DNA of 63,755 nt, counting the filler, from Chiloscyllium plagiosum (lineage: Eukaryota): assembly GCF_004010195.1 (NCBI RefSeq). It is 5 parts of 2 records of this genome, joined end to end, with 100 filler letters (N's around TTAATTAATTAA, not from the genome) between each part and the next. Parts side by side here need not be neighbours in the genome. Positions count along the whole stretch, not along the records: positions 1 to 21,843 come from NC_057710.1; 4 more parts are not named here. One strand, written 5' to 3'. Positions 1 through 12,458 of this stretch are shown here, piece by piece (position 1 is the first letter of the stretch; each line of letters opens with the position of its first letter). A model generated the notes under the pieces. The model worked only from the letters and a program-made list of their open reading frames with translations, made no database searches and had not been told where the DNA came from. Position numbers and translations under genes: made by a program.

Positions 1-135
1 CTGTATTTTGGCTCAGATGTTAAATGGAGCCAACTTCATCTGCATAAACAAAGTTAAGATTCCATGGTACTTGTTACGAGAATGCACTGCTAATCAAGCC
101 CCACTCCACAAGGTGTACCAACAGGGTAAATTTGG

Positions 136-205
136 ATTAGATTAGATTAGATTCCCTACAGTGTGGAAACAGGCCCTTTGACCCAACCAGTCCACACTGA
201 CCCTC
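136..205 (-). mobile_element. HE1-type SINE 3' tail fragment
   Basis: (ATTAG)n tail followed by ctacagtgtggaaacaggccc, the reverse of the HE1 3' end. Confidence 0.8.
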
Positions 206-958
206 CAAGAAGTTGCCAGCAACAAAGAAAGATCTCTTTTACTCTTCCTTCCACTCTCCTGAGAAAGTGGAAATCTTCCAGCAGAAAAAGCAGCACAGAT
301 CTCTCATTAAAGAATCTTCTTCTGGAGAGATAAAAGTTCCAGAAACCAATGTTTAAATACCTCTTAAAGTCTGAACGCTAAGATGGCTCTCATCAAAACT
401 GAAGGCTAACATTTAAAGATCTACCATTGATCCTACAATTGTGAGCATTACAAATTCAATGACTGGGATTCAAATGGACTGAGCGTGGGTTTCCTCCGGG
501 AGCTCCGGTTTCCTCCCACAGTCCAAAGATGTGCAGGTCAGGTGAATTGGCCATGTTAAATTGTCCGTAATGTTAGGTAAGGGGTAAATGTAGGGGTATG
601 GGTGGTTTGCGCTTCGGCGGGTCGGTGTGGACTTGTTGGGCCGAAGGGCCTGTTTCCACACTGTAAAGTAATCTAATCTAATCTAATCTAAAAAAACATC
701 CATCTCTCCAGAGCAGTATCATCTTGGCTGTCACATGATTGTGTTATAGTTTAGAGGGACATAGTTTAATTTCACATAGTAGCTGAATTATAACCGATTT
801 TACCATTTATTATAAGAAAAGGCTGAATTTTGCATTTGTTAAGTGTCAATTTTGTTGAGTTTATTTTGGAGGGTTTCTTACCGCAACTCCCAGTGAGGGA
901 TCTCGCTCTGTATTTTACCAGATTCACCTCATTAACCACCTACCCCTCTCACCCAATT
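204..958. repeat. Left arm of a long inverted repeat (pairs with 3756-4375), interrupted by a SINE
   Basis: Direct reverse-complement match by eye: 204-483 with 4096-4375, and 691-958 with 3756-4023. Confidence 0.95.
484..690 (+). mobile_element. 5'-truncated HE1 SINE
   Basis: gggtttcctccggg...gtccaaagatgtgcaggtcaggtgaattggcc...tttccacactgtaa(taatc)n. Confidence 0.92.
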
Positions 959-1889
959 TGTTTCTCTTTATTACTGACTATCAACAAGTTCAATAAACTG
1001 AATAACTCTATAACTTAATAACTATAAGCAAGTTTTATTGGAATTTTAGAGACTGAATGATAGAAGCTATGGTGAGAAAAGGGCTGAACCAGGTGTGAGA
1101 TACAGTGAGGCCTACCTCAGCATTTGGAGCAACTTGCTGCATCTTCTAACTAAATTCAGGGTATCAAGGTGGGTTCGTCACAATTGTCTATCAAGGGGAA
1201 TTATTGCCTGTTAATGACTATAGTAACTTAGTGACTATAAATCTGACCTCATTAATGCGCAATTTCCTATCCTTCCACTGCCGAGCAAACTAAATGCGGA
1301 GAATTCTCCACATGAAAGTCAGAGCGGGTGCCTGGTAACTTCAGCTTACTACTGGCTACAGACAGTCTCCATGTTGCTCAGCACCATCAGCATCACGGGG
1401 CATCATTCATGGGCATCAGCTGCAGACACCCCTCATCCACAAACATTAGCATTTGATTATTGCCAAACCCTCAGGATCCTCATGGCACCTCTCCAAATCA
1501 CTTGCAATGACAATTAGCAAACACAGAACTGCACTGCAGGGCATACCAGTAACTGGCATCGAAAGGCTGCTGCCCCTTACAAGGACAAAGAGCCAGCCCC
1601 ACACCGACTGGACCAGAGTGCACCTTGGGGGCCACTCGCTTGCTCTCCATGCTCACTTGCTTCACACAAGCATCGCTATGTCTGCTCACCGCAGGTGACA
1701 TGTTGTTCACTGTGGCTGCCTTCCTAAATCACCGGAGGAGCAGGCATAGAGTAAGCCCTGGAGCAGCAGGAAGAGCACCCAGTTCAGGCAGAGCTCACCC
1801 CTGCCGCTCCTCCCCTCACTCCCCTGCCCCTGATGCTTGGGGTCCACAAGGACGATCCAAGTGTTCTGCCCCCAAGTCCATTTCCTGGG

Positions 1890-2865
1890 GGATGGGTGAG
1901 GTGCTGCATTGATGCATATTCCTAATGTCTCTGTGACAGAGATATGTAGATATTCGATGGAACCGGAGCACTGTAGGAATGGGAGACCATCCTCTCCTGG
2001 AGGCTGTGAGGGTAACAGTCATTTTGAAGTTCCATCCACCTGGCTCCCTCCAGGGAGTGTTTGGTGACCTGTGTGGGATCTCTCTGATGTGCACCTACCA
2101 ATACATCAGCACAATGACTGATGCTGTCTGAACAAGACCACATCAAGCTTCCTTTCCATGCCCCGTGGCGAGGTCAGTACTGCAGGCCGAGCAGTAGGAT
2201 TCAGGCCGACCTCCCTCAAAGCAGGATACCATCGATGGCACACACATGGTACTGAGAGGGTGGTATCACCAGGCTGTGAAATTCATCAACAGGAAGGGGT
2301 TCCAGATGATCTGTGGTCACCAGTACCACTTCCTGGAGGTGTGTGCTCACTACCCTGACAGCTGCCATGACTCCTACATCCTGGAGCACTTTCATGTACT
2401 GATATATTTGAGGGTCCAAGTCTGTTACAAAGCTGGCTACTGGGGGGCAAGGGCCCATAGCTCTGTGACCATAGCTCATGACACCATTGCACAGCACCCT
2501 GCCTGATGAGAAACACAGGGTTAACGCTGCCCAGGCCTCAGCGAGAGCAGTGGTGCAGCAGATGATGAAGCTGCTGAGGATGTAGTTCTGCTGCTGGAAC
2601 CAGTCCGGGGAGGGCTCTCCAGTACAGTTCGGACAGAGTGTGCCCCATCATCCTTGTGGCTGTGCTCTACGCTATTACAGCAGGCAATGAGGTGATAGAT
2701 ACTGAAAAACTGAGAGAGTTGGAGCAGGTTTCTAAGGAGGAGGAGGGGAAGGACATTGGAGTAGAGGGAGCTGTCCTTGTCCATGACAGAGCTCAGCCAC
2801 ATCAGGCACCACAGGGCAGACAGGACCAGACTGACACCCGGGAGCAGATCATCATCGACTGTTAA
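1890..2865 (+). pseudogene. Decayed PIF/Harbinger (HARBI1-like) DDE transposase
   Basis: Fragmented motifs PLLEAVRVTVILKF..GSLQG..GDLCGIS, IDGTHM, FINRKGF, VCAHYPDSCHDSYIL, WLLGGKG, LMTPL, and an acidic C-terminal tail. Stops and frameshifts present. Confidence 0.85.
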
Positions 2866-3091
2866 ATAGCCATCGGTCATCATGCCAGCGACTGGGTTGC
2901 ATTGTGGAGAGAACTCTACTAGTTTTATCTGGTTTCACTTTTGGTGTTTGTGAATAAAAGTTCATGTTTGGAAATGTCTTGCCTGTTTGCGATGTTTGCT
3001 GAATGAACAATGCCATGGTCTGGCTTTGTGGTGGACACTAACAGTAGTGCAGTGACCTAGAGGGAATATAGCAAAGGACAGGTAAACAGGT

Positions 3092-3539
3092 TCAAAGTTT
3101 GTGAGAAGATTTGTAGCTCGGGTGCTCGTTGTTGTGGTTCTGTTCGCCAAGCGGGGAATTTGTGTTGCAGACGTTTCGTCCCCTGTCTAGGTGACATCCT
3201 CAGTGCTTGGGAGCCTCCTGTGAAGCGCTTCTGTGATCTTTCCTCCGGCATTTGTAGTGGTTTGAATCTGCCGCTTCCGGTTGTCAGTTCCAGCTGTCCG
3301 TTGCAGTGGTCAGTATATTGGGTCCAGGTCGATGTGCTTATTGATAGAATCTGTGGGTGAGTGCCATGCCTCTAGGAATTCCCTGGCTGTTCTCTGTTTG
3401 GCTTGTCCTATAATAGTAGTGTTGTCCCAGTCGAATTCATGTTGCTTGTCATCTGCGTGTGACGACAGAGGATGTCACCTAGACAGGGGACGAAACGTCT
3501 GCAACACAAATTCCCAGCTCGGCGAACAGCGCCACAACA
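3092..3539 (-). mobile_element. Penelope-like element 3' portion with inverted partial terminal repeat, nested in the Harbinger relic
   Basis: Minus-strand GIY-YIG C-terminus HEFDWDNTTIIGQAKQRTAREFLEAWHS. 3468-3541 is an inverted copy of about 3127-3201. 14-bp TSD acaggtaaacaggt at 3078-3091 and 3540-3553. Confidence 0.88.
3167..3206 (-). ncRNA. Minimal type I hammerhead ribozyme (PLE-associated), core intact
   Basis: Minus strand gca-CUGAGGA-U-GUC..GAC-GAAA-CGUC-ugc: stem I gca/ugc, stem II GUC/GAC, palindromic ACGU stem III, GUC cleavage triplet. Confidence 0.8.
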
Positions 3540-3755
3540 ACAGGTAAACAGGTGGTTAAACAGTGACTGGGAAGAGAGAATGGGCTCGTTTGTATGAGGG
3601 ATTGTCTGTTTTGCCAGGTACATGCCTTATGCAGGCTAGTTTTGTGGCTGCAGTTCCATTAAAGATGACACAAGAGTAAGCATAGTGGGTTTTTTGGCAT
3701 AAATCTGGTTAGTGGAGAATGGCTCTGGGAATGGTGCGTCATAAGGTGGGGCTAG

Positions 3756-4375
3756 AATTGGGTGAGAGGGGTAGGTGGTTAATGAGGTGAATCTGGTAAA
3801 ATACAGAGCAAGATCCCTCATTGGGAGTTGCGGTAAGAAACCATCCAAAATAAACTCAACAAAATTGACACTTAACAAATGCAAAATTCAGCCTTTTCTT
3901 ATAATAAATGGTAAAATTGGTTATAATTCAGCTACTATGTGAAATTAAACTATATCCCTCTAAACTCTAACACAATCACGTGACAGCCAAGATGATTCTG
4001 CTTTGGAGAGATGGATTTTTTTTGGAAGAAGGCAAATGAGATAACACCCTGATGGGGCCAAGAGTCGAAACTCAAAGGTACAAAAGGAAAGATTTCTCAG
4101 TCCATTTGAATCCCAGTCATTGAATTTGTAATGCTCACAATTATAGGATCAATGGTAGATCTTTAAATGTTAGTCTTCAGTTTTGATGAGAGCCATCTTA
4201 GTTTTCAGACTTTAAGAGGTAGTTAAACATTGGTTTCTGGAACTTTTGACTTTCCAGAAGAAGATTCTTTACTGAGAGATATGTGCAGCTTTTCCTGCTG
4301 GAAGATTTCCCCTTTTTCAGGAGAGCAGAAGGAAGAGAGAAAGAGATGTTTCTTTGTTGCTGGCAACTTCTTGGA
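3756..4375. repeat. Right arm of the long inverted repeat; includes probable Harbinger right end (...aaaattcagcc, 3893)
   Basis: Reverse complement of 204-958. Confidence 0.95.
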
Positions 4376-5459
4376 AGCTTTTTGCCTCAACTGACCCCTG
4401 AGGTGTTTACTGAAACAACAAATGTCATCCAGGAGCTGTTGCTAGACAACCTTCAATACAAGGCCCCGACTCTTCCAAACCAAGGTTGGCAAGCAATTCA
4501 AGCAAAATAAAACCATCTTTTATCTCTCATTTCTCCCACAAAGCCGACTCGTTTCTTGTGACCAGTAGGCAAACCTCAACACACTTCAACTTTTGATTTC
4601 TCAGTTCCAAGAAACCTACAAAGAAATCTTCCAAATCTTTCCATCTTTCCCAGATTCCTTCAGTTATTTTTAAGGAGTATGTGTTTTGAATGCATTATTT
4701 TGAGGAAGAGTAGAGAAGTTATCACCTGGAGAGTATTTTTCCCTCAATCAATATAATTAAAAATTATCTGGTAATTATCACCCTGTTAATATTAGTATGT
4801 GATATCAATACAACCAAAGCAGAAGGAGACGGCCCCGAATGTAGATATAATGATGACCTATTACACATATATAAAATATGTAGTATAATATATAATGAAG
4901 AATGAAGATATTTGTTGCCAGGATCCTGGGCATTGCCCTGCATGATTTTGCTGCCAGTGTTCACACAAGTGCCCTTTCAGTTCTGTGCTAAACATTCATG
5001 CCACGAGGTTCCACTAGGGTGGGATCTCATTGCTCTCGATCCACAAACATATCAACACTGTTACCGATGCAACATGTACCAGATCACACCCCTTCATCCT
5101 GGTTCCCTGTGACAAGCTCAGCCTGGGCAGCAAGCCTGTTCAACTTCACTGGACTCTCCCAGGGGCAGGGCATCTTAGAGTGCACACATCGCATGGAGAC
5201 TATCTTATAATGCAGCAGACTTCAACACCAGAAAAAAATTCCATTCCATCGATGTACAAGTCATCTGGGTCACTGGTAATCACATCTTGGATGTCTGTGC
5301 CATGTACTCTGAGAGCTGTCATGGTGCCCATATCCCTGGGAACTCTTATATTCCTGCTTCATTTCAAGGGTTACATGCCTTACCAGGGATGGTTACTGGG
5401 GTTCAAGGGCAACCATGGCTGATGACTTTGTTATGCAACCCCGAGCAGAGAGAGATACG

Positions 5460-5568
5460 AAGCTGAAAATGTGTTGCTGGAAAAGCGCAGCAGGTCTTCC
5501 AGCTGAGTTTTCCAGCAACACATTTTCAGCTCTGATCTCCAGCATCTGCAGTCCTCACTTTCTCCTCA
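5460..5568. mobile_element. Miniature head-to-head PLE terminus
   Basis: agctgaaaatgtgttgctggaaaa ... ttttccagcaacacattttcagct inverted pair, ending gatctccagcatctgcagtcctcactttctcc. Confidence 0.7.
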
Positions 5569-6269
5569 GAAATACAAATTTGCCCGTTCTTCCAGCAGGA
5601 CCAATGTGGAGCAGAAAATCGACCCCTGAAGATGAGGTGCTGATGTTTGGATTCATTTTGTTCTATTCACTCACAGGGTAGGGGCTTGCCATGCAGCCCA
5701 GACAGAATGTGTTGTGTAATCCTTACATTCTGTGTTCTGAACAACTGGAGAGGGCAGAGGGCGGTCCGAGGGTCACTGAATAGTTGGGTTCATGGCTGAA
5801 GTTTTCTAAGGAGCATGACGAAGACATTAAACAGGTGGAATAGCATCTTGAATGTGATGGAAAGCTGAGGCATCAGGCACTACAAGCCAGACAGGTTGTC
5901 AAAGAATCCCAATTCCAATCAATGTGAGCTGCGTGCAATGATCACTTGTTGACTATAGATATGCCACTGCTTGAGAGCAAACTATTCCTGTCTGCCCCCA
6001 GAAGCAAATGGAGGTTTTTCAGGGGTTTTTTGTGATTTTTCTGTTGCTAAATGAAGATGACCCTTTTCAACTATTCTCAGACTTTCCAGTGTGCAATGTT
6101 CTCATATTGAACAATGAGAGAATATTATGCTACCTTGGGCATTTGGGAGAGAGGAGTGGTCTCTTTGATAGAGTTTAAAGGTCGGACGATGTAAAGGATA
6201 GGTAGCCCGTGTTGTTTGGTCCTTAAAATAGCAATAGAGATTTACAAATGTTCACTTGTATTTTCAATA

Positions 6270-6611
6270 ACCTATCAATGTGCCACCTACCTGCCCTGAG
6301 AAGTGTTTCTTTTAGGTTCCTCCCTCACTTTGTGTGTGGTGAAGGGTAACTCCTGGTTGGCAACACTCGACCAGGTGCACAGCTGGGCTTTACAAATGGC
6401 GCAGGTGCTGGAAATCCTGGGAAGTCCTGTCAATGGTGAATACTTTCACCTCTGGAACGTAGCACAAGCAGGCCACCATAGAGGTGTGATGCATGGATAA
6501 TGATCTGAGTTTTGCAAAATAGTGTGAGAAATTCTGATAGGACTCATGGAGAGAAACTATCCACGAAACTCACCAAAGCTACCTGAGCAAATTTTTGGTA
6601 AAATTCAGATC
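6270..6611. mobile_element. Possible right end of a second Harbinger-like relic
   Basis: aaactcaccaaagct...ggtaaaattcag resembles the 3850-3893 terminus. Confidence 0.35.
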
Positions 6612-7669
6612 CTAGTTATTAATGACTAGAAAGTCAGTTTTGTAGGTTGCTTGGAGGTCTCTCAAGTCAAAATAGCTGTCAGCTCTAAACAATATGTCCT
6701 ACTTAAACAGACAAATATTAAATCATTAAAGTAATACTCTATAAAGATCCTAGTGGAGGTTTCACTGAAGGTATTTTCAACATTGCAAGAAAATGACAAG
6801 GTGCATTGCTGCAAAATTTAACCTTGTGTCCTTATCAATTTTTTGCCTATTCAAGCCTCCAAGATTTTAATGTTGATTTATATTGTGATGTTGCTGTTGG
6901 TTAAAGTCAGCTGACATGCAGTAAACTCCACACAGTGCACAATTTATTTATAAATAATGATTAAGTCTATAAACCAATGCTATTTGAAGTATCTCACAGA
7001 ATTATGTATCTCAAATGCCATATTGAAGTTGTTGTAATAGGTGTTGTTTTAAGTGGGAGCAGGGATTAGTGCTTACAGGACTCTAAGTGAGCAGTACATA
7101 CCAATCATGAGGGAAATACCAGGCCAATTTCAACTCAAGATCCTCATTTAAATATGTTAAAATGTCTCTTCCACCCTTCCTTCCATACGGAAGTGGTCAG
7201 GAATGATGTCATGATCAGTGAGCAGGAGTTAGGGCAGGAGCCAGACAGTACCAGAAATCCAACAAAATAATCATGATAATTACATAAGTGTAGTAACAAA
7301 GTTACAAAACTGATATCTGTTATGGGGCTAGGAAAATATTGGTTAAAGACACTGGAATTGACCTTCATCTTGCTTATTGTAAATTCTGCCCAATTGTAAT
7401 TCAATTCTGCATCATGGATGTATACGCAGCAAACACCGTAAGCCTGATTTAGGGAATAGGTTGCTTACCAATTTATAGATTTGCTTGCACCTGTCATGTC
7501 TTGTTGGTCCCTACGGCAGCCGATAACCCTCCATCTTTAGTGTCTGGTGCTCATTATCCAGACAAACTATATGCCAATGCTTTTAATTTCTTCCTCCCCC
7601 CGGTCCACTCCATAGTTTTCTTAAAGTCAAATATTTATCCATTTGAGTTTTTCTTATATCAGTTGTTTA

Positions 7670-7998
7670 TGGGCTGGGGCTGTGATACCTGGAGTACTGT
7701 GTCCAGTTTTGGTCCCCACACCTCAGGAAGGACATACTGGCACTGGAACGTGTCCAGCGGAGATTCACACGGATGATCCCTGGAATGACAGGTCTAACAT
7801 ATGAGGAACGGCTGAGGATACTGGGATTGTATTCGTTGGAGTTTAGAAGATTAAAGGGAGACTTAATAGAGACGTACAAAATAATACATGGCTTGGAAAA
7901 GGTGGATGCTAGGAAATTGTTTCAGCTAAACGAGGAGACTCGCATCAGCCATGATTGAATGGCAGAGTGGACTCGATGGGCCGAATGGCCTTACTTCC
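7670..7998 (+). mobile_element. CR1 LINE 3' fragment
   Basis: LEYCVQFWSPHLRKDI, YEERLRILGLYSLEFRRLKGDLIETYKI. Confidence 0.9.
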
Positions 7999-8224
7999 AC
8001 TCCTAATTAACTGTAGGGATATAAACAGTTTAATGAATTCTAAATTAGTTGCATTTCATGCCATGAAACACACATTAATTTATTTGCAGTCACTGAACAC
8101 GAATCACAATTTTGGGATTATGATTGATAATTTGCAAAGTTTAGGAAATAATGCTGCCATGAAATAGACTTTTTAATAGACTTCCTAATATTTTTGGGAT
8201 ATGTGTCATTGAATGGCCAGCAAT

Positions 8225-8965
8225 ATTCATTTGAGTTTATTCACTCTCAGGACATGCGCATTGCTGGCATGGCCAGCATTTATTGCCCTTCACTAATTTT
8301 CCTTGAAATGCAGGTAGTTTCCAGCCTTTCTGAACTGCTGTAGTCTATGGTGTATAAGGAAATACATAGTCCTGTTCAGAAGGGAGATCAAGGCTTTTGA
8401 CCCAGCACCACTGAAGGAACAGTGATATATTTCCAAGTTAGGATGCCTTATGGCTTGGAGGCAATATGCAGATTGTGGCGTTCTCATATCTCTGCTGCCT
8501 AGCCAGCACCATCCACATACCCTGAACAAACATTTCAATAAAATATCAATAAATGCTGCTATTGGTGGTTAAGGTTGGGGGGGGGGGGTACTGTTGAAAG
8601 AGCTTTGATGAGTTGCTGCAGTGCACCTTGTAGATGGCACACTTTTCTGCCGCTGAGTATTGGTGGTGGAGAGAGTGAACATTGAAGTTGGTACCAATCA
8701 TGTGGGCTGCTTTATCTCGGATGATGTTGAGCTTCTTCAGTGCAGTTGGAGCTGCATTCTTCCAAGCAAGTGGAGAGTATTCCATCACACTCTTGGCCTG
8801 TTCTTTCTAGATTGTGGACAGGCTTTGGGGAGTCAGGAGGCTGAGTTACCTGCTGTAAGATTCCTAGCCTCTAACCTGCTCTTGTAGCTACAATATTTAT
8901 GTGGTTATTCTAGTTCAGGCAATGGTAGATGCCAGGATATTGATAGTGAGGAATTTAGCAATAGT
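8225..8965 (-). mobile_element. Ancient LINE 3' remnant (CR1/L2 clade)
   Basis: MEYSPLAW..AAPT.LKKL.II.DKAA motif; same family at 17555, 35090 and 36960. Confidence 0.7.
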
Positions 8966-9782
8966 AATTCAGAAGCCTTTTCTACATCTTGTCCTATTTA
9001 TAATTCCATCAAGGTCAAAGGAAGTAAAAGTTGGCAGCGACATAAGACAGGCTACTGATTTCACTTGGTTTATATTAGCATACAAGGTCGTAACTCTGTG
9101 TGCAATTGGTGTATGTAATTGAAATCAGCAACAATAAACTCTTACCAAAATTCATTAGATTTGTTGGAATGATAATTTAATTAAAAGTTAAAATTGCAAA
9201 GATTTATAATTATGTGCTTTGTCGAAGAAGTCCTTTAATGTTTAGACTTAAAATCCCAATTAGAAGAAAGCACCTGTACTACTTTCTATTACAACATAAC
9301 ATTCTTTACAAGTAGTGACATGACTTAATGTCTGGCTAAACTGCAGCTCGAGGCCATAGCTAGTTTGGAATGCTATTGAATGTCACATGATGAGTCACAA
9401 TTGCATATTTTGTTCATAATGGATATCTGGCTACACCTGCTAAAATGTGATGAAAACTTCCTATGTCTAGCCATCAATTCTATAATCATGCAATCGTTAT
9501 GGCACAGACAGAGACCATTCAGCCCATTGTACTTGCACTAGCGTCAATCTTCAGCCTTTACCCCGTATCCCTATATCTATCTAAATAACCATTCAATGCC
9601 TTCTGGAAGACGTTAATTGAACCTGCCTCAACCACACTTCCAGGCAGTCGTTCCAGACCCCAACAACTCATTGTGTGAAAAAGGTTTTCCTCACATCATC
9701 CTTGTTTCATTTGCACATCCCTTTAATCTATGCACTCTCATTATTTTATCTTTTAGGAGTGGGAAAAGCTTCTCCCTATCTA

Positions 9783-9920
9783 GGTGAATTGGTCATGGTA
9801 AATTGCCCATAGTGTTAGGTGCATTAGTCAGAGGGAAATGGATCTAGGTGGGTTACTCTTCGGAGAGTCGGTGTGGGCTAGAAGGGCCTGTCTCCACACT
9901 GTAGGGAATCTAATCTAATC
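9783..9920 (+). mobile_element. HE1-type SINE 3' part inserted in an old CR1 tail (about 9490-9950, minus)
   Basis: ggtgaattgg...ccacactgtagggaatc(taatc)n. Confidence 0.8.
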
Positions 9921-9976
9921 TACTCTGTCCAGCCCACATGATTTTATTTAAGGGCAGAGCAAGCTTGTGGGGGGCT

Positions 9977-11052
9977 GACAATAGACAATAGGCATAGACA
10001 ATAGATCCAGGAGTAGGCCATTCTGCCCTTCGAGCCAGCACCACCATTCATTATGATCATGGCTGGTCATCCACAATCAGTAGCCTGTTGCTGCCTTATC
10101 CCCATAATGCTTGATCCCACTATATTTAAGAGCTCTATCCACCACTTTCTTGAAAGTATCCGGAGACTTGGCCTCCACTGCCTTCTGGAGCAGAGCATTC
10201 CATACACCCACCACTCTCTGGGTGAAGAAGTTTCTCATCAACTCTGTTCTAAATGGTGTACCCCTTATTTTTAAACTGTGTCCTCTAGTTCTGGATTCAT
10301 CCATCAGCTGAAACATGCTTCCTGCCTCCAGAGTGTCCAATCCATTAATAATTTTACATGTCTCAATCAGAGCCCCTCTCATCCTTCTAAACTCAAGTGT
10401 ATACAAGCCCAGTCACTCCAATCTTTCAACATATAATAGTCATGCCATTCCAGGAATTGACCTCATGAACCTACGTTGCACTCCCTCAACAGCCAGAATA
10501 TCCTTCCTCAAATTTGGAGACCAAAACTGCACACAGTACTCCAGGTACGGTCTCATCAGGGCCCTATACAGCTGCAAAAGGACCTCTTTGCTCCTATACT
10601 CAATTCCCCTTGTTATGAAGACCAGCATGCCATTAGCTTTCTTCACTGCCTGCTGTACCTGCATGCTTGCTTTCATTGACTGATGTACAAGAACACCTCG
10701 ATCTCGTTGTACTTCCCCTTTGCCTAACTTGACTCCATTTAGATAGTAATCTGCCTTCCCGTTCTTGCCACCAAAGGGGGTAACCACACATTTGTCCACA
10801 TTAAACTGCATCTGCCATGCATCCGTCCATTCACCTAGCCTGTCCAAGTCACCCTGTATTCTCATAACATCCTCCTCACATTTCACCCTGCCACCCAGCT
10901 TTGTGTCATCAGCAAATTTGCTAATATTATTTTAAATACCTTAATCTATATCATTGATGTATATTGTAAACAGCTGCAGTCCCAGCACCGAACTTGTGGT
11001 ACTCCACTGGTCACCGCCTGCCATTCCTGTCAGCCAGCCAATTTTCAATCCA
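9977..11052 (-). mobile_element. Young CR1 LINE, RT C-terminus and 3' UTR with (TATTGTC)n tail
   Basis: FADDTKLGG, WQMQFNVDKC, YLEYCVQFWSP, RGALIETCKI. Confidence 0.95.
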
Positions 11053-11299
11053 AGCCTATCCTTTCTCCTTGTTCTTATGTTCAATGACAGAAGCCTGTTG
11101 GTGAACATTAAGTCAACAAGACTTTGCCTTCTGTCATATTCTGGGGTTTAATGCAAGATTAATAGTAATTTCTTTGATGTAGAAGATTAGGAGGGTGCAA
11201 TGATTAAAAATCAAGCAATGTCTTCTCTTAATCTATGTAATGCAAATGAACCTTAATTGGATGAGATAAATAATGTCCCTCAGTCAGAAGCCGAGGCAC

Positions 11300-12458
11300 T
11301 TACACTGGGCAACAAAGAAATGGCAAAAGAATTGAACACATACTTTGATTCTACCTTCATAAAAGAGGGAACAAGTAACCTCCCAGAAATGTTAAGCAAA
11401 CCAAAGGTCAAGTGAAAGGTAGAATAGAAGGAAATCAGTTTTCATAAGCAAATGGTTCTGGGAAGTTAACGGAGTTAAAAGGTAACAAATCCCCAGAGCC
11501 TGAGAATCTATATGATGCAGTACTAAAGGCAGTGTCCCTGGAAATACAGGATACATTGTTCGTCATCTTCAAAAAATTGTATAAACTCTGGGGCAGTTCC
11601 TACAGATTGGAGAGCAACAAATGTAGCCCATATATTTAGAAAGTGAGGGAGGGGAAAGAAAGAGAATTGCAGACCAGTTAGCTTAATACCAGTAGTGGGG
11701 GGAATGCTACAATCTGTGAGAACAAACATGATAACAGAGCATTTGGAAAGCATTAATAGGATTCGATGAAGTCAGCATGGGTCTATGAAAGAAAAATTAT
11801 GCTGAACTGATCCTTTGGAGTTTTTTGAGGATGTACATAGTAGAATAGATGAAGGAGAACTGATGGATCTGGTGTTTTTGGATTTTCAAAAGCCTTTTGA
11901 TAAGGTCCAGCATTAGAGGTTGGTGGGTATAATTAAAGCACAAGGGATGGGTAAATTATATTAGCATAGATCAAAGATTGGTTGACAGGAAATAAATGGA
12001 CAGTGGGTCTTTTTACATGTGGCAGGCAGTGACTTGTGGTGTATGTCTAGGATCAATGCTTGGGTTCCAGTTATTCATGATACATGTTAATAACCTGGAT
12101 AAGAGAACCAAATGCAACATTTCCACATTTGCAGATGACACAAAACTGGCTGGAACTGTGTTGTGAGGGTGATGCAAGGAAGCTCCCAGGTGGTTTAGAC
12201 AAGTTAGAATGGGTGGTCAATCACATGGCAGATGCACAACAACAGGCACTGCCCAGGATATGGGCTAGACTACTTAGGACTAAGATGAGGAAAGGTTCAT
12301 TCACTCAAATGGTAGTGAATCTGTGGAACTTTCTACCACAGAAGGTGATAGAGGCAAAGTCACTGAATTCAAGAAAGAGATAAATTTTTAGAAATTAAAA
12401 GCATCAAGGGGTATGGGGAGAAAGTAGGAATATGGCATTGAGAGAGAGGATTAGCCAC
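11300..12458 (+). mobile_element. Older decayed CR1 LINE (RT region)
   Basis: NCRPVSL, DFQKPFDKV, FADDTKL remnants. Confidence 0.85.

Noticed and set aside
830..3884. Twin ORFs MHLLSVNFVEFIL at 830-1018 (+) and 3636-3884 (-)
   Set aside because: By-product of the inverted repeat; TTG starts, they diverge at the repeat edge, and no domain is recognisable.
7430..7437. Possible microexon cag|caaacacc|gtaagc
   Set aside because: No pyrimidine tract and no match to ABLIM2 sequence.
7630..7660. IYPFE resembling the headpiece IYPY motif
   Set aside because: Upstream of the exons it should follow, and the downstream residues do not match VTNR..LPKDVDR.
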